Part shown: piece by piece, positions 7,262-12,747 of the stretch
Layout: every line of letters begins with the position of its first letter
How positions within the stretch are numbered: position 1 is the stretch's first letter
Source: a virus
Lineage: Duplodnaviria > Heunggongvirae > Uroviricota > Caudoviricetes
Length of the DNA stretch: 12,747 bases
IMG/VR virus record: IMGVR_UViG_2531839474_000002
Strand: one strand, 5' to 3'
Notes under the pieces: generated by a model
What the model was told of the DNA's origin: nothing
What the model saw: only the letters and a program-made list of their open reading frames with translations
Database searches by the model: none
Translations under genes and position numbers: made by a program

Positions 7262-7960
7262 TTACTGCGAAAGTTTGTTAATGGAAAGGAAGCCGCCAAA
7301 GTTGCCGACGTTATTGCGGAACTTACAACCGCTCAGGCATTTGCTGCATTTATCCTTCGTGATATCGGACGTCGGCTGGTCATATTCATCCGCGACCGCC
7401 GGACCGTGATAACCGCACTCACCGCCGCGATAGGTCCAGGTGCAGGTGTTGGCCAGCATGATACGTCCCGGAAAAACAGCGCCGTCCGTTTCCGTCGGCG
7501 TGGACAGTACAAAGGAGGCACTGACCGCGCTCAGTTCGCTGCACTGCTCGATGCGCCAGCAACTGATCACCTCCTGCTCCGGATCGGCGTCACTGTTTCC
7601 GTTGACGAAGTTCACCGCATCCAGAAAACGGGCGTAAACCTTACGCCGGACCACCGTTCCGCCGACCAGACTCTGCAGATCTTCCGCCATCCCGGTGACC
7701 ATACCGTACAGGTTAGAAACCGTCAGCGTGGGGCGCGTACTGGTGCCTTTGCCATTCAGTTCAAAACCACTCCCCTGAATGGGATACGGCTGATACTGTC
7801 GCCTCTGCCAGGTGACCGGCTCACCTTTTTCGTTCTGCTCATTACAGAAAAAATAACGTTCTCCACCGACCTCTGTCAGGTCGATTTCCCAGAGCACCAC
7901 GCTGGCCGACTGCTCCGCACGGGTGCATTCATTCAGTGTTTCCTGCCGGATATCCTGCAT
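7262..7960 (-). CDS. L: Tail tip protein L (232 aa), with a C-terminal cysteine cluster
   Basis: MQDIRQETLNECTRAEQSASVVLWEIDLTEVGGERYFFCNEQ... matches recalled lambda gpL. The C-terminal region carries clustered Cys residues (CTWTYRGGECGYHG ... KDKCSKCLSGCKF), consistent with the Fe-S cluster reported for the gpL family. Confidence 0.95.
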   Translation of the reverse strand: MQDIRQETLNECTRAEQSASVVLWEIDLTEVGGERYFFCNEQNEKGEPVTWQRRQYQPYPIQGSGFELNGKGTSTRPTLTVSNLYGMVTGMAEDLQSLVGGTVVRRKVYARFLDAVNFVNGNSDADPEQEVISCWRIEQCSELSAVSASFVLSTPTETDGAVFPGRIMLANTCTWTYRGGECGYHGPAVADEYDQPTSDITKDKCSKCLSGCKFRNNVGNFGGFLSINKLSQ

Positions 7961-8289
7961 CAGTTCACCACCTGTTCAAACTCTGCGCTGAACTCAACAC
8001 GCAGCATACTGACCCGCGACGACCATTTTGCGCAGGTCACCTTTATCTGCCGCCACTCATAAGGCGGCGTCCACAGAAAGGACTTCCAGCCCCCGTGCTC
8101 TTCCAGAAACGACTCCAGTACCGTGGCCTCCCAACGGGGAACAGAAAGCGTCACGCTGTACGTTTTCAGGTTGGCATTCAGCCCGGCAGGCGCTCGCTGG
8201 GAATAGCCATCACCAAAGCGCACCTTTCTTACAGAAGGGACCGAAGCCACATCCATACCGGGTTTCACTTTCCAGCGGAAGGTTTTCAT
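7960..8289 (-). CDS. M: Tail tip assembly protein M (109 aa)
   Basis: MKTFRWKVKPGMDVASVPSVRKVRFGDGYSQRAPAGLNANLKTYSVTLSVPRWEA... matches recalled lambda gpM. Start ATG overlaps the H stop, and its stop TGA shares one nucleotide with the L ATG (TGATG). Confidence 0.95.
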   Translation of the reverse strand: MKTFRWKVKPGMDVASVPSVRKVRFGDGYSQRAPAGLNANLKTYSVTLSVPRWEATVLESFLEEHGGWKSFLWTPPYEWRQIKVTCAKWSSRVSMLRVEFSAEFEQVVN

Positions 8290-10847
8290 CGTCCACCTCC
8301 GGAGAACAGACCACCATCACGCATCTGCCCCGGAACAACATCAAGGGCACCCTTACGGGCCACGTCATAAACCGCCTTCAGAGCAGCCGGACCTATCTGA
8401 CCGTTCGTGCCGTCGTTGTTAATCACCACATGGTTATTCTGCTCAAACGTCCCGGACGCCTGCGACCGGCTGTCCGCCATGCTGCCCGGTGTACCGACAT
8501 AACCGCCGGTGGCATAGCCGCGCATCAGCCGGTAAAGATTTCCTACGCCAATCCGGCTGGTTGCCTCCTTCGTGAAGACAAACTCACCACGGTGAACAAT
8601 CCCCGCTGGCTCATATTTGCCGCCGGTTCCCGTAAATCCTCCGGTTGCAAAATGGAATTTCGCCGCAGCGGCCTGAATGGCTGTACCGCCTGACGCGGAT
8701 GCGCCGCCACCAACAGCCCCGCCAATGGCGCTGCCGATACTCCCGACAATCCCCACCATTGCCTGCTTAAGCAGAATTTCTGTCATCATGGACAGCACGG
8801 AACGGGTGAAGCTGCGCCAGTTCTGCTCACTGCCGGTCAGCATCGCCGCCATATTCTGTGCAATACCATCAAAGGTCTGCGTGGCTGCACTTTTTACCTG
8901 CGACATACTGTCCGTGGCGCTCTCTTCCCACTCACTCCAGCCTGACCTGAGGCCTGCCATCCAGCTCCCGCGAAGCTGGTCTTCAGCTGCCCAGGTCTTT
9001 TTCTGCTCTGACATGACGTTATTCAGCGCCAGAGGATTATCGCCATACTGTTCCTTCAGGCGCTGTTCCATGGCTTCCCGCGCTGCCTGCCGGTCAGTCA
9101 GCCCCCGGTTTTTTGCATCAATGGCGGCCCGTTTTGCCCGTTGTTGCTGTGCGAATTTATCCGCCTGCTGCGCCAGCGCGTTCAGGTGCTCCTGATAGGT
9201 GACCTTGTCGCCAAGTACAGCCAGCTGGCGTTTGTACTCCAGCGTCTCGTCTTTATGCGCCAGCAGGGATTTCTCCTGTGCGGACAGCTGGCGACGTTGT
9301 GCCGCCTCCTCCAGTACCGCGAACTGACTTTCTGCCTTCCACAAATCCCGGCGCTGCTGGCTGATTTTCTCATTTGCTCCGGCATGCTTCTCCAGCGTCC
9401 GGAGTTCAGCCTGAAGCGTCAGCAGGGCAGCATGAGCACTGTCTTCCTGACGATCGCCCGCAGACACCTTCACGCCGGACTGTTTCGGCTTTTTCAGCGT
9501 CGCTTCATAGTCCTTTTTCGCCGCCGCCATCAGCGTGTTGTAATCTGCCTGCAGAATTTTCCCGTCCTTCAGTGCCTTGTTCAGTTCTTCCTGACGGGCG
9601 GTATATTTCTCCAGCGGCGTCTGCAGCCGTTCGTAAGCCTTCTGCGCCTCTTCGGTATATTTCAGCCGTGACGCTTCAGTATCGCTCTGCTGCTGCGCAT
9701 TTTTGTCCTGTTGACTCTGCTGTTCAGCCTTCTTTCTGGCGGCTTCAAGCGCAAGACGGGCCTTTTCACGATCATCCCAGTAACGCGCCCGCGCTTCATC
9801 GTTAACAAAATAATCATCCTTGCGCAGACTCCAGATGTCGTCCGCTTTCTTAAACGCAGCCTCTGCCTTAATCAGCATCTCCTGCGCGGTATCAGGACGA
9901 CCAATATCCAGCACCGCATCCCACATGGATTTGAATGCCCGCGCTGTCCTGTCTGCCCAGGTCTCCAGCGTACCCATGTTCTCTTTCAGGCGGCGGGTCT
10001 GGTCATCAAACCCTTTCGTCGCGGCCTCGTTCGCCGCCTGCAATGCCCCGGCCTCGTCTCCGGAACGCTGCAGCTGTGCAACATACGCAATCTGCTCCGC
10101 CGTCACGTTATGGAACTGGCGTGCCATCGCTGTCAGCCCTGACGTCGGGTCTGTGGTCAGCTTCCCGAAGGCTTCAGCGACCTTGTCCACCTCCACGCCG
10201 GATGCAGAGGAGAAACGCGCCACACTCTGGCTGATGGATGCAATCTGAGCCTCACCGCTTACCCCCGCCTTAACCAGTGCGCTGAGTGACTCGCTGGTCT
10301 GGTTAAACGTCAGCCCTGCCGCCTGCCCGGCTCTGGACAGGACCAGCATACGATCTGCCGTCAGCCCCGACTGATTGCCGGAAAGGACCAGCGTTTTGTT
10401 GAAATCGGACAGGGTTGAGTTGCCCTGATACCAGGCATACGCCAGCGCACCGGTCGCCACCGCCAGCGAGGTGGCCCCCACCATCGGCAGGGTGATCGCA
10501 CCGGCAAGCCCCCTGAACATGGGGATCATCCCGCCGAAGGAGTCCTTAACCTGACCACCCTGTTGCAGCAGGATCAGCCACGGACTTTGCCCGCCTGCAA
10601 GCTGCGTGGCCACGTCGGTGAACTGTGCAGGCAGCATACGCATGGCGGCTTTATACTGCCCGACGGAAATCCCCGCTTTCTGTGCAGCCAGCGCCTGTCG
10701 GCTCAGCGACTGTTCAACGACTGCCGCTGTTTTTTTCGCATCACTTTCCGTACCGGAAAAATGACGCCTGACTCTGGCCATCTGCTCGTCAAATCTGGCC
10801 GCATCCAGACTCAAATCAACGACCAGATCGCCTACCGGTTCAGCCAT
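8286..10847 (-). CDS. H: Tail tape measure protein H (853 aa)
   Basis: MAEPVGDLVVDLSLDAARFDEQMARVRRHF... with the same 853-aa length as lambda gpH, a helical Ala/Gln/Glu/Lys/Arg-rich central region and a Gly-rich C-terminal region. ATG at 10847; stop TGA at 8288..8286 overlaps the M start (ATGA). Confidence 0.97.
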   Translation of the reverse strand: MAEPVGDLVVDLSLDAARFDEQMARVRRHFSGTESDAKKTAAVVEQSLSRQALAAQKAGISVGQYKAAMRMLPAQFTDVATQLAGGQSPWLILLQQGGQVKDSFGGMIPMFRGLAGAITLPMVGATSLAVATGALAYAWYQGNSTLSDFNKTLVLSGNQSGLTADRMLVLSRAGQAAGLTFNQTSESLSALVKAGVSGEAQIASISQSVARFSSASGVEVDKVAEAFGKLTTDPTSGLTAMARQFHNVTAEQIAYVAQLQRSGDEAGALQAANEAATKGFDDQTRRLKENMGTLETWADRTARAFKSMWDAVLDIGRPDTAQEMLIKAEAAFKKADDIWSLRKDDYFVNDEARARYWDDREKARLALEAARKKAEQQSQQDKNAQQQSDTEASRLKYTEEAQKAYERLQTPLEKYTARQEELNKALKDGKILQADYNTLMAAAKKDYEATLKKPKQSGVKVSAGDRQEDSAHAALLTLQAELRTLEKHAGANEKISQQRRDLWKAESQFAVLEEAAQRRQLSAQEKSLLAHKDETLEYKRQLAVLGDKVTYQEHLNALAQQADKFAQQQRAKRAAIDAKNRGLTDRQAAREAMEQRLKEQYGDNPLALNNVMSEQKKTWAAEDQLRGSWMAGLRSGWSEWEESATDSMSQVKSAATQTFDGIAQNMAAMLTGSEQNWRSFTRSVLSMMTEILLKQAMVGIVGSIGSAIGGAVGGGASASGGTAIQAAAAKFHFATGGFTGTGGKYEPAGIVHRGEFVFTKEATSRIGVGNLYRLMRGYATGGYVGTPGSMADSRSQASGTFEQNNHVVINNDGTNGQIGPAALKAVYDVARKGALDVVPGQMRDGGLFSGGGR

Positions 10848-11280
10848 ACCGGACTCCTCCTGCGATCCCTTCTGATACTGTCATCAGCATTACGTCATCC
10901 TCCGTCATGTCCGCCACATCCGGGGAAGTAGGGATAACTTCATTCCCGTCCGGGCCAAAGCGGACACCTCCGGCAAGCCCTGCCGCTTTCTGCATCAGCA
11001 CATCATCTTCAGGCTCTTCGTCAGCCTCGCGCCGGTTCAGCAGACTGAAATCCAGCGGATGCATATCCGGATCGCTGAAAAACAGGCTGAGCACGGTGTA
11101 TGTCAGCCCGGAAAAGTGCATATCCAGCAGAACATCATGAAAATAATGGGTACTGTAAAAGCGGTGCCAGTCGGCATACTCCGTGGATGACATCCCGGCA
11201 AGCATGGCGCGCCAGTCGGGTCGCCCCATCTCACGCGCCAGTTTCAGGGCAAAACTCAGCTCACCGTCGAACACTTTCCC
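10840..11280 (-). CDS. T: T segment of the gpGT fusion tail assembly protein, expressed by -1 frameshift from G (no independent start expected)
   Basis: The -1 frame ORF (VFDGELSFALKLAREMGRPDWRAMLAGMSSTEYADW...GGVRYG) is open from the slippery site to a TGA at 10842..10840 and matches recalled lambda gpT. The ORF-track start is a GTG that coincides with the slip site. The 3' end overlaps the H start by 8 nt. Confidence 0.85.
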   Translation of the reverse strand, partial: GKVFDGELSFALKLAREMGRPDWRAMLAGMSSTEYADWHRFYSTHYFHDVLLDMHFSGLTYTVLSLFFSDPDMHPLDFSLLNRREADEEPEDDVLMQKAAGLAGGVRFGPDGNEVIPTSPDVADMTEDDVMLMTVSEGIAGGVRYG

Positions 11281-11678
11281 GCAGAAACAGGCTCTGTAGG
11301 CCCGGCGTCATCTGCCTGTTCAGGGGCATTATTCACCACAAACTCAGACATTCCGGACAGACGTAACACCACGTTTTCAGCCTGAGCAATTGCCTCCGTG
11401 GGCCAGGTGGTAAGCACTTCCTGCTCAATCTGCGTAATGGCTTCATTCATGGACGGCAGCTTTGTCTTCTGCGGATGGTTATGCCACAGAGACATCGCCA
11501 CCAGAAACGCCCCGCCTCTGATAAGATCCTCTACAGACACCTGCAGGTTGCCACTGGATTCAGCCTTTTTTTCCTGCTCTTTCAACCAGGCGAGATGCTC
11601 AATACGCTGCAGGGCTGACAGTTCAGAAAGCGTGACGGTCACGCCGTTATATTCAAATGATTCGGTTTTCAGGAACAT
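11256..11678 (-). CDS. G: Tail assembly chaperone G (140 aa)
   Basis: MFLKTESFEYNGVTVTLSELSALQRIEHL...VSAGKCSTVS matches recalled lambda gpG; ATG at 11678, stop TGA at 11258..11256. It contains the slippery heptamer near its 3' end. Confidence 0.95.
   Translation of the reverse strand: MFLKTESFEYNGVTVTLSELSALQRIEHLAWLKEQEKKAESSGNLQVSVEDLIRGGAFLVAMSLWHNHPQKTKLPSMNEAITQIEQEVLTTWPTEAIAQAENVVLRLSGMSEFVVNNAPEQADDAGPTEPVSAGKCSTVS
11274..11280 (-). other. Programmed -1 ribosomal frameshift slippery heptamer G GGA AAG (G-T frameshift site)
   Basis: On the minus strand the heptamer GGGAAAG occupies 11280..11274, and in the G reading frame it is phased as G GGA AAG (codons Gly134 Lys135). The -1 frame continues open as GGG AAA GTG into the T ORF. 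This is the arrangement established for lambda gpG/gpGT. Confidence 0.85.
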
Positions 11679-11693
11679 CGCTGACTCTCTGGA

Positions 11694-12434
11694 TTAACTG
11701 GCGGTGACGGTGATTTCTGCAACCGCAGCAAACTCACCATTACTGGATACAACCGGAATGTTGACCTTGCCTGCAGCAACGCCGTTCACGGTGATGGTCA
11801 TACCACTGACCGACACGGTGGCTTTTGTTTTATCCGCAGACACCGCACGGAAGCTCTTGTCGGTTACACCTTCCGGCTGGAATGCCACGGTCAGCGTGGT
11901 GCTCTGCCCTTTCACTACGGAAGCACTGGCTGGCGTTACCGTCATGCCGGTTGCTGCCGTCACCGTACTGCGATCTTCAGCCATCGACGGGCGTCCCACA
12001 TTGGTGACCTTCACCGTGCGGGTGATCACTTCCTTCGCCGTCACCGCTTTACCGATACTGCTGACCCAGCCACGGAACACATCGACCGTGCCGTTCGGGA
12101 AGCGGATTTTATAGGCACGGGTATCACCTTCATTAAACCACGCCAGCAGCGCCTGCTGCCCCTGCTCTCCGGGCATCCACGCCAGCGTGAAGCTGGTATC
12201 TCCGGCAGATTTCTGCCCCTGCCCGGTCGCAGTCCAGTCCGCATCTTCATCATCGAGATAGCTGTCGTCATAGGACTCAGCGGTCAGTTCGCCGGGTGTC
12301 AGGTCTTTAACTTTTGCCAGACGCGACCAGTCAACGTCTGAAAGCGGGTTCGCATAAGGGTCACCGTTCCCCTTATAAACCCACAGTGTGGTCCCGGCAC
12401 CTTTCACCGGCATTGTTGGATTTGGTACAGGCAT
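11694..12434 (-). CDS. V: Major tail tube protein V (246 aa)
   Basis: ATG at 12434 preceded by GAGGA, which overlaps the U stop. The protein [22 protein letters not shown]...EITVTAS matches recalled lambda gpV along its length, including the C-terminal Ig-like region. The ORF-track start 10 codons upstream ([10 protein letters not shown]) is rejected. Confidence 0.95.
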   Translation of the reverse strand: MPVPNPTMPVKGAGTTLWVYKGNGDPYANPLSDVDWSRLAKVKDLTPGELTAESYDDSYLDDEDADWTATGQGQKSAGDTSFTLAWMPGEQGQQALLAWFNEGDTRAYKIRFPNGTVDVFRGWVSSIGKAVTAKEVITRTVKVTNVGRPSMAEDRSTVTAATGMTVTPASASVVKGQSTTLTVAFQPEGVTDKSFRAVSADKTKATVSVSGMTITVNGVAAGKVNIPVVSSNGEFAAVAEITVTAS

Positions 12435-12441
12435 AGCGTCC

Positions 12442-12747
12442 TCACATTTCATAGGTAATGACATACGTCAGATCGGCTGAACTCCACAGGCCCGCATCAT
12501 CGTCGCGCCGGTAGTCATAGCCACTGGCCACCATACTGGTGATCAAATCTGACAGTGCCGGGATATCGCTCATCACCGGATAAATCCGGGACTCCATCCA
12601 CGAATCCAGCTCTGAATCCGGCACCTGAGCAGGCAGGAAAACTTCAATATGCAGCTCCGCCTGCCAGGTATCGCTGTCCAGCTCTTCGCCCGTGTATTCA
12701 GCGCCGGTGAGATAAACGGCAATTGCCGGAAAATCCGCCTCATCAAA
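12442..12747 (-). CDS. U: Tail terminator protein U, C-terminal 101 codons only (N-terminus lies beyond the window end)
   Basis: The frame is open from the window edge (translation begins [101 protein letters not shown]) and matches my recollection of the lambda gpU C-terminus. Stop TGA at 12444..12442. The ORF-track start at 12624 is a GTG inside the gene, not the true start. Confidence 0.9.
   Translation of the reverse strand, partial: FDEADFPAIAVYLTGAEYTGEELDSDTWQAELHIEVFLPAQVPDSELDSWMESRIYPVMSDIPALSDLITSMVASGYDYRRDDDAGLWSSADLTYVITYEM

Larger units (their letters stand above)
110..12747 (-). mobile_element. Lambdoid phage or prophage late-operon tail gene module (U to side tail fibre), continuing beyond the right window edge
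   Basis: Collinear set U-V-G-T-H-M-L-K-I-J-lom-stf on one strand with lambda-type gene lengths, overlaps (ATGA and TGATG junctions) and the G-T frameshift site. Prophage versus free phage cannot be decided from this window. Confidence 0.9.

Noticed and set aside
8028-10248. Several plus-strand ORFs of 140-220 aa inside M and H
   Set aside because: All are antisense to well-supported tail genes, have biased low-complexity composition and lack start signals; these are typical spurious ORFs in GC-rich phage DNA.
1-12747. Chi site (GCTGGTGG) or other known recombination hotspot
   Set aside because: I did not find an exact octamer on either strand by eye, but a manual scan of 12.7 kb is unreliable. 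A simple string search would settle this.

Overview
The window is a nearly complete lambda-like (lambdoid siphovirus) tail morphogenesis module, with every gene on the minus strand and tightly packed or overlapping. Reading in the direction of transcription (high to low coordinates): U (3' part, runs off the window end), V, G, the G-T programmed -1 frameshift, H (tape measure), M, L, K, I, J, then a lom moron bracketed by two intrinsic terminators, a side tail fibre gene with a collagen-like Gly-X-Y domain, a small coupled 89-aa ORF, and a final terminator before an AT-rich left flank. From U through most of J the proteins match my memory of phage lambda closely; the C-terminal ~150 aa of J and everything after the N-terminal anchor of the side tail fibre are different, which is the classic mosaic host-range region. 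I found no CRISPR array, tRNA/rRNA, integrase, transposase or recognisable defence system; the points worth follow-up are the variable adsorption apparatus and the unassigned small ORF. All homology statements come from recalled reference sequences and the gene order, not from a database search.
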